From contig OZ242186.1 of NCBI GenBank assembly GCA_965205675.1, positions 1,728,001 to 1,792,000 on the forward strand: a stretch of DNA of 64,000 nucleotides. Direction: 5' to 3'. Positions within the stretch are counted from its first letter, which is position 1. Each line of letters begins with the position of its first letter. This document shows positions 11,280 through 20,244 of the stretch, one piece after another. The stretch comes from Nitrosopumilus sp. GTDB taxonomy: Archaea > Thermoproteota > Nitrososphaeria > Nitrososphaerales > Nitrosopumilaceae. The notes under the pieces were generated by a model. It had not been told where the DNA came from. It did no database searches and was given only the letters and a program-made list of their open reading frames with translations. A program made the translations under genes and the position numbers.

Positions 11280-11706
11280 TGATTATGTAATTAGAATTGA
11301 TTCAAATTCTCTTTCTGTTAAAAATAATAAAGTGAATGCACTTACTAATATGACATATTTCAAAGATGTAATCTTATTATGTCATGAGACTTTAAAATAA
11401 AATCCAAACTATTAATCTACAAAACAAAATCTTGAGGTTGCATCATCTGCAAATCTTGATGTTTCTATTGATTTATCTAAAATGAATGTTAAAGATTTAC
11501 ATTTAGAAAAATCTATCATCTCTGGACAAATCGTTTCAATAAATCTCGAAAAACAAAAACCTAGTAATTTTTTTGACAAGATATGTATTGCATTTTTCAC
11601 TCTGGATTATTTACTAGGATTTCTAAACTAGTTTTATGATATCTCATGCTTAACTTTTCAATAGACCTATAAAGCCCTGTCAAGACGATCGTCATAAGGA
11701 AAACAC

Positions 11707-12030
11707 ATGAGTAAGATACTTGAAAAATCATTACGAGATGCACGAAAAGAAGATAAACTAACAATGGGTGCTAAACAAGTTTTAAACTCAATAAAAAACT
11801 CCAAGCTAATTGTATTGTCTCAATCAATTAAGAAAGAAACATTTGAGCAAATTAAATCTGATGCAAAAAAAGAAAAAATACCTTTAGTAAACTTTCAAGG
11901 AACATCAGTCGCATTAGGTAGACTATGTGGCTTACAATTTAGAATTTCAACAATTTCATTTACAACCATCGATGATGCTAACATCAAATCAATTTTGAAA
12001 GATACACAAGCTGAGGAAAAAAATGATTAG
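11707..12030 (+). CDS. rpl30e: 50S ribosomal protein L30e
   Basis: L7Ae/L30e fold (MGAKQVL, GTSVALGRLCG); precedes nusA-rps12-rps7. Confidence 0.88.
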   Translation: MSKILEKSLRDARKEDKLTMGAKQVLNSIKNSKLIVLSQSIKKETFEQIKSDAKKEKIPLVNFQGTSVALGRLCGLQFRISTISFTTIDDANIKSILKDTQAEEKND

Positions 12031-12094
12031 CTGTTATTCCTTTAATGAAAGTTTAAATGAGACATTTTTTGTTCGAAGATAAAAAGGAATTCTA

Positions 12095-12559
12095 ATGACA
12101 CAATCAATTAAACTTACAACTGATCAAATGAGAATGATGTCTCTTTTCCAAAATGTTACGGGTGCAACCGCACGTGATTGCGTGGAAGATGAAAAACAAG
12201 ATAGAGTTATTTTCGTAGTTAATACAGGTAAGATGGGACTTGCAATAGGTAAGGGTGGAATTCATATAAAATCTCTTCAAAATATTGTTAAGAGAAATGT
12301 CGAATTGGTAGAATTTGATGAGGATCCTGCAAAATTTTTGTCTAATCTACTTAATTCAAAATTGATTTCTGAAGTAAAAATAAATAAACGAACTGATGGG
12401 ACAAAACAGGCAATCGTAATGGTAGACCCAAGAAAGAAAGGAATTGTGGTTGGAAGAGAAGGTAGAAATGCGGAAAAGGCAAGAATGCTTGCAAAACGAT
12501 ATTTTGATATTAACAGTGTATTGATAAACAGCCCTGAACGAGCAACTTTGGAGATGTAA
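12095..12559 (+). CDS. nusA: Archaeal NusA transcription factor
   Basis: Two KH motifs, AIGKGG and VVGREG; operon context. Confidence 0.93.
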   Translation: MTQSIKLTTDQMRMMSLFQNVTGATARDCVEDEKQDRVIFVVNTGKMGLAIGKGGIHIKSLQNIVKRNVELVEFDEDPAKFLSNLLNSKLISEVKINKRTDGTKQAIVMVDPRKKGIVVGREGRNAEKARMLAKRYFDINSVLINSPERATLEM

Positions 12560-12562
12560 GAT

Positions 12563-13000
12563 TTGAGAAAATCACCACTTGGACTATTTGCCGGCAGAGT
12601 ACTTACAAGTAAAAAGAAAAAACAAAGATGGGCAATTTCTACTTACAAACGAAGAGAATTAGGCATTGATAAAAAAGCAGATCCTCTTGGCGGTGCACCA
12701 CAAGCACGGGGTATTGTTTTAGAAAAAGTAGGTATTGCAGCAAAACAACCCAACTCTGCTATCCGAAAATGTGTTAGGGTTCAATTAATTAAAAATGGTA
12801 AAACTGTAACTGCATTCTTACCAAGAGATGGTGCAATGAATTTCATTGATGAACATGATGAGGTTCACATTCAAGGTATGGGTGCAACACAAGGTGGTGC
12901 AATGGGCGATATTCCTGGAGTTAGATTCAAAGTTTTCAAAGTTAACGGTACTGCATTACATGAATTAGTAATTGGTAAAAAGGAGAAACCAAGGAGATAG
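12563..13000 (+). CDS. rps12: 30S ribosomal protein S12 (uS12)
   Basis: [30 protein letters not shown]. Confidence 0.97.
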   Translation: MRKSPLGLFAGRVLTSKKKKQRWAISTYKRRELGIDKKADPLGGAPQARGIVLEKVGIAAKQPNSAIRKCVRVQLIKNGKTVTAFLPRDGAMNFIDEHDEVHIQGMGATQGGAMGDIPGVRFKVFKVNGTALHELVIGKKEKPRR

Positions 13001-13002
13001 AT

Positions 13003-13602
13003 ATGGCACAAACTAAGAATTTGTTATTATTTAGAAAATGGGATTTATCTGATATTGAAATAAAAGATCCTGGATTAAAAACTGCTATTTCACTGCGAAA
13101 ACAGATCTTACCTTATACTTATGGACGTTCTGCACTCAAGAGATTCAATAAAGCAGATGTTAACATTGTTGAAAGATTAATCAATAAAACAATGCACTTT
13201 GGAAAAAAATATGCAAAGAACACAGGCAGGATGACAGGTAAGAAAACTAAACTTCTCAATACTGTAAAGACTTCTTTTGATATAATTGCACTAAAAACTG
13301 GTCAAAATCCAGTTGAAGTTTTGATAAGGGCTGTAGAATTTTCTGCACCTAATGAAGATACAACGAGAATCGTATATGGTGGTACTGTTTACCATGTATC
13401 TGTTGATGTTGCACCAATTCGACGAGTTGATTTGGCTCTGAAATTTATTGCAGATGCAATTAAAGAAGCAACTTTTTCAAATCCAAAACCTATTGAAGAA
13501 CACATGGCTGAACAGTTAATGTTAGCAGCTTCTAATGATCCTAATGCTCCTTCTGTTAAGAAAAAGAATGAACTAGAACGTATAGCGCAAGCCTCTAGAT
13601 AG
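13003..13602 (+). CDS. rps7: 30S ribosomal protein S7 (uS7)
   Basis: IVERLINK, NPVEVL, VDVAPIRRVDLA, KKKNELERIA. Confidence 0.97.
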   Translation: MAQTKNLLLFRKWDLSDIEIKDPGLKTAISLRKQILPYTYGRSALKRFNKADVNIVERLINKTMHFGKKYAKNTGRMTGKKTKLLNTVKTSFDIIALKTGQNPVEVLIRAVEFSAPNEDTTRIVYGGTVYHVSVDVAPIRRVDLALKFIADAIKEATFSNPKPIEEHMAEQLMLAASNDPNAPSVKKKNELERIAQASR

Positions 13603-13629
13603 TCTTTTATCCTTTTAGAAATTCATCAG

Positions 13630-13717
13630 TAGCCCGAGGCAGATTCGAACTGCCGTCTCCGCCTATCCACTCTTGAGATCCAGAGGGCAGAATCCTTGAC
13701 CACTAGACTATCGGGCT
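13630..13717 (-). tRNA. tRNA-Gln(CTG) with 15-nt intron at position 37/38
   Basis: AGCCCGA acceptor, TAGTCTAGTGGTCAAGGA D arm, CTGCC-CT-CTG-G|intron|A-GGCGG, GTTCGAATC T loop. Confidence 0.92.
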
Positions 13718-13762
13718 ACTTGAAGAAATTTTAATGTTTTAGAATATATTTATTTGTTGTAA

Positions 13763-14083
13763 TTATTTTAATCTGACTTCATGAATTGCAGTTGCATAAT
13801 CACATGTTGCTCTCAATCGCATATATGGAATTAATTTGTAGTGAATAGAATAGACGTTTTCTTCTTTCTTGATAATACCTTTTTGCATTAGTGAAACTAA
13901 TCCTCTTGATGGAACATTGATTGTAATATTTTTTTCTTTACATATTTGATCACGTTTGTCTTGGAACTGTTTTAATGAAAATGCAACATCATTAATTTCT
14001 AAAATTAAAGGCCAAATAATTTCTATCCAAACAAATCTCCTGTTTTCGGTTGCTGAGGCATATTTTCCTTTTTCACTCAACAT
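13763..14083 (-). CDS. Conserved hypothetical protein (possible winged helix)
   Basis: 106-aa ORF; SRGLVSLMQKGIIKKEENVYSI is wHTH-like. Confidence 0.72.
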   Translation of the reverse strand: MLSEKGKYASATENRRFVWIEIIWPLILEINDVAFSLKQFQDKRDQICKEKNITINVPSRGLVSLMQKGIIKKEENVYSIHYKLIPYMRLRATCDYATAIHEVRLK

Positions 14084-14115
14084 TAATAATATCTGTAAAA
14101 GATGTTATAACTTGA

Positions 14116-14820
14116 TTGTCTCAGAAAGAAATCCAAGAGTCTCTTGACTTGCTAGAAAAGGATTGGGATATTGATCCAATTCTTAGAAAATTTATGTTAG
14201 GTCAAATCACAAATATTTCTGATTCTCCAATAAAAGTTAAGGATGTTGTTTTTCATGTTCCATATTTGAATTCTGAAAAAAAATATATTTTGTGGAAATG
14301 TTATTGGCCTGATTGTCATAATTGCTGTGATAGACAAGGTAGACTCCCACTAACTTCTGATGATCTGATTACAATTGGTAAGGGATTGAAATACAAAAAA
14401 CCTTCAGATTTTGTAAAAAATGAAACATTAACAGCAACTTATCAAGAACCTGGCCCTTCTGGACAAATGACTACCATGACTACAATTAATCTAAAAAGAA
14501 AAACTGATGAAACAGAAGATGATGATGGCACACACATTTCTTGTAGATTTTTAGATGATAAGGGAGGTTGCAGTATGCATCCTGATAGACCTGGAGTATG
14601 TTATCTGTATCCTTTTTCAAGCTGGTTAGAAAATGAACAGGGGAAAGCTCGTGTTCATGCAACCTATCAATTTACTGGGGATTGTCCAGGGTTTTATCTT
14701 GCAGATAGTTTAGAACCAATGAAAGATGAATTCAAAGATTACTCTAAAACAATTTATGATTACAACATGGCCTCAAATAGAACAAATCGAGAAGGATTTA
14801 GTTCGGTTAGTTTTGGTTAG
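14116..14820 (+). CDS. YkgJ/CxxCxxCC cysteine-cluster protein
   Basis: CYWPDCHNCC, CRFL...CSMHPDRPGVCYLYPF, CPG. Confidence 0.88.
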   Translation: MSQKEIQESLDLLEKDWDIDPILRKFMLGQITNISDSPIKVKDVVFHVPYLNSEKKYILWKCYWPDCHNCCDRQGRLPLTSDDLITIGKGLKYKKPSDFVKNETLTATYQEPGPSGQMTTMTTINLKRKTDETEDDDGTHISCRFLDDKGGCSMHPDRPGVCYLYPFSSWLENEQGKARVHATYQFTGDCPGFYLADSLEPMKDEFKDYSKTIYDYNMASNRTNREGFSSVSFG

Positions 14821-15195
14821 GTTTTCTCTTTAGACTCTGTCCTACTGCCGAAATCCATTCTTTTTCTATTTTGATCAGTATATGACCATCCTCTCTTTCA
14901 AATCTTTTACAATATTTTCTAAATTCGCTATAAAATTTGTAAAGTTTATCATCTGAGATTCCTGTATCTAATTGTAATCAAGTAATTATACGATACCCTT
15001 CTTTGAATTTTTTTTATGTGCTTTGATCAATTCCTGACCACACAATTTTCTTTTTTTCCTCTATTTGCTTTCTTTTTCCCATCTTCGTATACTTTCTAGT
15101 ATGGCAAAAATTATTGTAACTACAAGTCCAATAATACCTATTGCTATACTAACTGATCAATTTCTGAAATTTCTAATGAAAAACTTGCAATCATG
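14818..15195 (-). pseudogene. Degraded small membrane-anchored protein gene
   Basis: Fragments AIGIIGLVVTIIFAILES and LYKFYSEFRKYCKRFE separated by stops and frameshifts. Confidence 0.4.
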
Positions 15196-15229
15196 ACAGA
15201 TGTGAAACTAAGATAAGCATATGAATTTA

Positions 15230-16243
15230 CTATGCTCTAGCTACCTTCATCAAGTCTGCCATTTTGATATTCATGCCAAATCTGTCTTCGTGCTTTTTCA
15301 TGTAACGAAATATTGCAATAAAATCTGGTAGTGCTTTCAAGAAATTGAAATCTTTGTGAATTTTTGCTCTAACAAAATTAAATACTTTGGCATATACTTT
15401 GTAATGCTTTTCTACTGCTTTTTCATATGCTTTAAAATCATGCATATTTTCTAGGAAAATCTCTACACATTGCATTGATGGAATAATTCCTTCTCCTAGT
15501 AATGCGTAGACTGTCCCAATCGATTCGCCCACACCAACAACTTTTCCTGAATAGTATGGTTTGCATCTATCTGGGGTTGCTAATCTGATTGGACGACCTT
15601 TAGTTTTGAGAACTTTGCCACCATGTTTTTTTAGAAAATCATCAGTTACTTTGATATGTTGTTTGTTATAATCTCCTGCTCCAATATGTGCCCATTTCTC
15701 ACCTAATGGAAAATACCAAAAGTATCCTGACATCCCCGGAAATGGTTCGATGTAAAAGTCATCATATGGAACCTTGTCTTCGTATTCTACTTTATATTCA
15801 TATGTTGGCAAAAAGAAATCTTCTTTTAATTTTGGCAGAAATACTCTGTGAAATCCGGTACAGTCTACTATCATATCATATTCTTTTTCTAATTCTTCTA
15901 ATGATGGTGGAGCACCGTAAATAATTTTAGAATCTTTAATGAAATCTTTGATTAGTGCTAGTTTGTCATATGTGCATAATCCTTTCAATCCGATATCAAA
16001 TTTTATATCGTTGTTCATTTTGACATGCATATTTTTACCATCATGAATCAAAAAATCATCAAAATTCCTACCTGTTTTTTTACAAAAATCTGTTAGAGCC
16101 GATTTGATAGTTCCCCATGCACAAATAGAGTCATGTCTTTCTTCTACCATTCTCTCATATCCGACAACTTGATGTTCTGAACCCTTTAATCTAGCCATAA
16201 GATATGACCCTGCTACACCCATACCCATTACTGCTATCTTCAA
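15230..16243 (-). CDS. Geranylgeranyl-reductase-like FAD-dependent oxidoreductase
   Basis: KIAVMGMGVAGS Rossmann motif, GYFWYFP, GESIGTVYALLGEGI; TTG start ~25 nt after a TTTATTA box chosen over the longer ORF. Confidence 0.85.
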   Translation of the reverse strand: MKIAVMGMGVAGSYLMARLKGSEHQVVGYERMVEERHDSICAWGTIKSALTDFCKKTGRNFDDFLIHDGKNMHVKMNNDIKFDIGLKGLCTYDKLALIKDFIKDSKIIYGAPPSLEELEKEYDMIVDCTGFHRVFLPKLKEDFFLPTYEYKVEYEDKVPYDDFYIEPFPGMSGYFWYFPLGEKWAHIGAGDYNKQHIKVTDDFLKKHGGKVLKTKGRPIRLATPDRCKPYYSGKVVGVGESIGTVYALLGEGIIPSMQCVEIFLENMHDFKAYEKAVEKHYKVYAKVFNFVRAKIHKDFNFLKALPDFIAIFRYMKKHEDRFGMNIKMADLMKVARA

Positions 16244-16545
16244 GACACTCTCCGAATCATTCATGCCTAATAAATACACTATCTGAAAAATAATTCGTAT
16301 CCTTTCATGATTTATTTTCAATAGTATGAAATAGTACAAATTAAACATCAAAACTGAATAGTCTGTTTGAAAAGATAGACTGTAGTTTGATTGTAAAAAA
16401 TTTCAAACCTTAAGACATCACTGTCATCAGATAATTTTGAATTACTCATCTTAAGCAATTAGCTGTTATCTACTGTTTTGGAGTTGAACTTAGGCTCATG
16501 TGCCTTTTCTTATTACATTAAATTTGGTCATATTTTACTATAATC

Positions 16546-17148
16546 ATGGATACATTTGATGCAATAAAAACAAGACGTGCAATTAAAAAATTTGATAGTA
16601 CATACAAGATGACTACAGAACAAGTTAAATCATTAATGGGACTTGCAATTCTTTCTCCAACTAGCTATAATCAACAGAATTGGAGATTTATCACAGTTAC
16701 AGATCAAACCATCAAAGAACAAATTTCAAAAGCTGCTCGAGATCAAGCTCAACCAAAAGATGGTTCGTTGGTGATTGTTTTGTGTGGAAACATGAATGCT
16801 TGGAAAGAAAATCCTCTGAGATATTGGAAAGATCATCCAATAGAAAAACAAGAATTAATCAAAAATTCATTATCAAAAAAATATGCAGACAGCCCTCAAA
16901 ATAGACGAGATGAGGCAATTCGCTCTTGTGGATTTGCAGGACAAACAATTATGCTAGCTGCAAAACAGATGGGTCTTGATTCTTGTCCGATGGTTGGATT
17001 TGAATATGATGAATTGGCAAAAATTATCAAACTTCCTGAGGATCATCTGATTGTTTTGATGATTGTTATTGGAAAAGCAACAGAACCTGCAAATCCTCGT
17101 GGCGGACAGCTTCCTGTATCTGAAGTTGTCTTTGAGAATAATTTCTAA
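16546..17148 (+). CDS. Nitroreductase family protein
   Basis: IKTRRAIKKF, SPTSYNQQNWRF, MLAAKQMGLDSCPMVGF. Confidence 0.92.
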   Translation: MDTFDAIKTRRAIKKFDSTYKMTTEQVKSLMGLAILSPTSYNQQNWRFITVTDQTIKEQISKAARDQAQPKDGSLVIVLCGNMNAWKENPLRYWKDHPIEKQELIKNSLSKKYADSPQNRRDEAIRSCGFAGQTIMLAAKQMGLDSCPMVGFEYDELAKIIKLPEDHLIVLMIVIGKATEPANPRGGQLPVSEVVFENNF

Positions 17149-17188
17149 TTGTGTAATATTTCAAAAAGAATAGGGAAATCAGGTATCT

Positions 17189-17361
17189 GAGATTTAGGCA
17201 TAATGATTTATAGCGAGAAGCATAAGTTCGTGAGTTATTTTTTAGGTGTTTCAATTTGTTTATTCGTATTTACCTATAGGTAAGATCAACTGATTTCTAG
17301 TTTTTTGAAATTTGGTTCACGAACTTTATCTTTTCGCTATAAATCATTATGCCTAAATCTC
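17189..17361. mobile_element. MITE-A copy 3 (17209-17341) flanked by perfectly inverted 20-bp ends of a second IS family
   Basis: GAGATTTAGGCATAATGATT-[TA MITE TA]-AATCATTATGCCTAAATCTC; outer arms match the IS end at 47821-47844. Confidence 0.9.
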
Positions 17362-17372
17362 ACCTAATCACC

Positions 17373-20240
17373 TTATTCTATTAAAATTGCAGGCTTGAAT
17401 GGTCTTGCATGTCTTGTTTTTCCTTTAGGATCATAAACGTCATCATCGGATTCTGAATATACTGAAATCTCTACTCCAAATTCCTTTTTACCTATACTGG
17501 ATAATTCCTTTGAGAGGAATTCTTTTTCATTAAATGAATCTGATTCAAGCTTCATCTGTTTAATTTCTTCTGATTCTGAATGCAAATCTTTGATTATTTT
17601 TTGAATATAGTCTGGCATTTTTTTAGCCTCAATAGTTTCAGGATCTGCAATGAGTTCTTTCATTACAACCCCCATGTTGTTTTGACCACCAACCATGATT
17701 TTTAGTATTTTGCGATATAATTTAGATTTTACATAATCTGAATTTACATAGATTACAATTTTTTGCGGTGTAATTTTTGTAACTTTGAGAATATTTGCAA
17801 TGTCACCCATAGTTGATTTGAGTAATTCCTCTGATTGAATTGATGTGGCATCTAGTTTCTCTTTAGAGAATTCAGGCCAGGGGGATTTTGATACTAGAAC
17901 AGAATTTCCTAATTTTTCCCACATTTCTTCAGTAATATGTGGTGCGAATGGAGATAACATTGCAACACGAATAGAATTGATGTGATGTAATATTCCTGAT
18001 ACATCGGTTCTTTCTTTAGCTTGTACCCTTTTATGATACCAACTCAAATCAGATTCAAATGTAAATAAAATATGATGTAATGCTTCACGTAATCTCATTT
18101 TTTCAACAGCTTCTGTAACCTGTATTATCATACTCTGAGTTTTCGATAAAATCCATCTATCTTCTGCTTGTATCTCTCCAATGACTCTCTTTTTGAGCCT
18201 AGAGCACTCTTCTAATAATGATTCTAGTTTATTTTGAATGCCATACACTGATTCCATATTAAAATCAGCATCTTGGAGTAATTCTGCAGATGATATTATT
18301 GCCAATCTGATTGGATCTGCTCCATGATCCCTAATTGCAGTTCTTAATGGGATGATATTTCCCATACTCTTACTCATTTTAGCACCATCCATCATTACAC
18401 TACCATTAACTACAATTTCCTGTGGCCATAATTTCTCATCAAAGATTGCAACATGGTTTAAAACAAAAAATGATAAGTGATTTTGTACCAGATCTCGTCC
18501 TGAATGTCTTGAATCAACTGGGTAGAAATATTTGAATTCTTTTTTTAATGTTTCAATGGTATTCTCAGTAAGCTTGGAAGTGCCAACAGCTAATGCAATA
18601 TCTCCTTTATCAAGTAAAATATAATCAAAGAGTTCTCTAGTTAGGTTATCAGGAGTCAGGGTTCCATCATTTACAAATCGTGAAATAGTATAGTATGCCA
18701 TGTAAATTACACTATCAGATAATGATTCTACAACCCAATCGTTATCCCATGGTAATTTTGTTCCTAATCCTTGTTGTCTTGCACAAGCTCGTTCATGTAA
18801 CCAGTCAACTACTTCATTGAACTCTGTTTGAATATTACTTGGTAAGATATTCATTTTGTCAAAACAATTACAAGCTAATTTCTTCCATTCTTCATCCCCA
18901 TAATTCAAAAACCATTGATTGTTCAATACCTTAACAACACATTCTGCCCCGCATCTACAATGCACTGGTGCGTTTTCAAGTATTGGGAATTTTTCTAGAT
19001 AGTTATTTTCTTGGAGCCATGTCCTTACTTTATCTCGACCAAACTGTACTTTTTCATTATTGAACTCTTCACATTTTTCATTTAGTTTTCCATCTGTGAA
19101 TTCTTTGAGATACAACTCCTTTGTGGCCTCTTCTAATTTTTGATCTGTTTGGTCCGAAATTCCTAATTTTTCACAAATCTGTTTTGCGGGAATAGTGTCA
19201 TATCCTTCAGTCACAATAATCGGAATAGGCTCGATTTTAAGTGCTAATTCATGATTTTTGATCTTTAAATCCATCAATGCACGGTAATCTTTTGGAGCAT
19301 GAGCTGGTACTGACATTACAAGTCCGGTTCCCATTCCAGGCTCTACAAATTCTGCCGGTAGTATTGGGATTTCTTGTCCATTTTGATTCATGACATTCTT
19401 TCCAATGATTTCACTACCAGAAATATCTCCAATGATTTTAACTTGTTTTTCAAAAAACTCTATTTTTTTTGCACATTGCTCTGAAACTATCCATGTCTCA
19501 TTGTCTACTGTAACTTTTTTGTATATTATATTTGGATTCATCCACAAATTTGTTACTCCAAAAATTGTTTCAGGTCGTAGTGTTGTAACTGGAAAAATAA
19601 ATTCACCAAATGAAAATTTAACTAGAAAATTTTTATCGTCAATCTTTGGTTCAACGTCACCCATTGTATCATGCTGTGATACGGGATTTTGATCAACAGG
19701 ACACCAGCCAACCGGATGACTACCTTGAATTATTCTTCCACTTTCTTTAAGAGTAGTAATTTGCCATTCAATAAATTTTTGATAGCCTGGCACTATGGTA
19801 GTAAACTCTCGCCTCCAATCAATGGAATAACCCATCTCAATCATTCCAGATTTTATCTCTTCATGAAAATAATCTGCAATCTTTATTGGCTCAACAAATG
19901 TTTTAATATTCTCTTCTGGAACATGATACACATTTCTTAATCCATCCAGGATTTCTTTTTCTCCAGCTTGAATTCTTTTAGCCATTCCAAGTATGGGTGT
20001 ACCCGTATAATGGAACCCCATTGGGAATAATACGTTATATCCTTGCATTCGATAAAACCTTGCATGAACATCAGCTAATGTGTATGTTCTTCCATGTCCA
20101 ATGTGTTGTGGAGAATTTGGATATGGATATGCAACTGTAATGAATTTTTTTGGTTTTTCATTTGGATTTGTCTCAAAATCTTTTGACTCCATCCATTTGT
20201 TTTGCCATTTTGTTTCTATTTCGTTCCAGTTAATTGTCAT
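17373..20240 (-). CDS. leuS: Leucine--tRNA ligase
   Basis: PYPN...HIGH, KMSKS, TTLRPET and GTGLVMSVPAHAP editing motifs. Confidence 0.97.
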   Translation of the reverse strand: MTINWNEIETKWQNKWMESKDFETNPNEKPKKFITVAYPYPNSPQHIGHGRTYTLADVHARFYRMQGYNVLFPMGFHYTGTPILGMAKRIQAGEKEILDGLRNVYHVPEENIKTFVEPIKIADYFHEEIKSGMIEMGYSIDWRREFTTIVPGYQKFIEWQITTLKESGRIIQGSHPVGWCPVDQNPVSQHDTMGDVEPKIDDKNFLVKFSFGEFIFPVTTLRPETIFGVTNLWMNPNIIYKKVTVDNETWIVSEQCAKKIEFFEKQVKIIGDISGSEIIGKNVMNQNGQEIPILPAEFVEPGMGTGLVMSVPAHAPKDYRALMDLKIKNHELALKIEPIPIIVTEGYDTIPAKQICEKLGISDQTDQKLEEATKELYLKEFTDGKLNEKCEEFNNEKVQFGRDKVRTWLQENNYLEKFPILENAPVHCRCGAECVVKVLNNQWFLNYGDEEWKKLACNCFDKMNILPSNIQTEFNEVVDWLHERACARQQGLGTKLPWDNDWVVESLSDSVIYMAYYTISRFVNDGTLTPDNLTRELFDYILLDKGDIALAVGTSKLTENTIETLKKEFKYFYPVDSRHSGRDLVQNHLSFFVLNHVAIFDEKLWPQEIVVNGSVMMDGAKMSKSMGNIIPLRTAIRDHGADPIRLAIISSAELLQDADFNMESVYGIQNKLESLLEECSRLKKRVIGEIQAEDRWILSKTQSMIIQVTEAVEKMRLREALHHILFTFESDLSWYHKRVQAKERTDVSGILHHINSIRVAMLSPFAPHITEEMWEKLGNSVLVSKSPWPEFSKEKLDATSIQSEELLKSTMGDIANILKVTKITPQKIVIYVNSDYVKSKLYRKILKIMVGGQNNMGVVMKELIADPETIEAKKMPDYIQKIIKDLHSESEEIKQMKLESDSFNEKEFLSKELSSIGKKEFGVEISVYSESDDDVYDPKGKTRHARPFKPAILIE

Positions 20241-20244
20241 AATG

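Larger units (their letters stand above)
9781..11630 (+). pseudogene. Degraded secreted TPR-repeat protein gene, interrupted by two MITEs
   Basis: Fragmented ORFs at 9814, 10284, 10505; removing the 11144 MITE restores NPNDLEILVNKGSALSKLEYFSEAIVYYDYVIRIDSN (TPR). Confidence 0.75.

Noticed and set aside
13630-13717. tRNA intron as a novelty
   Set aside because: Canonical 37/38 introns are common in Thaumarchaeota
16355-16500. Possible decayed MITE between the reductase and nitroreductase genes
   Set aside because: Only weak inverted similarity and no second copy in the window
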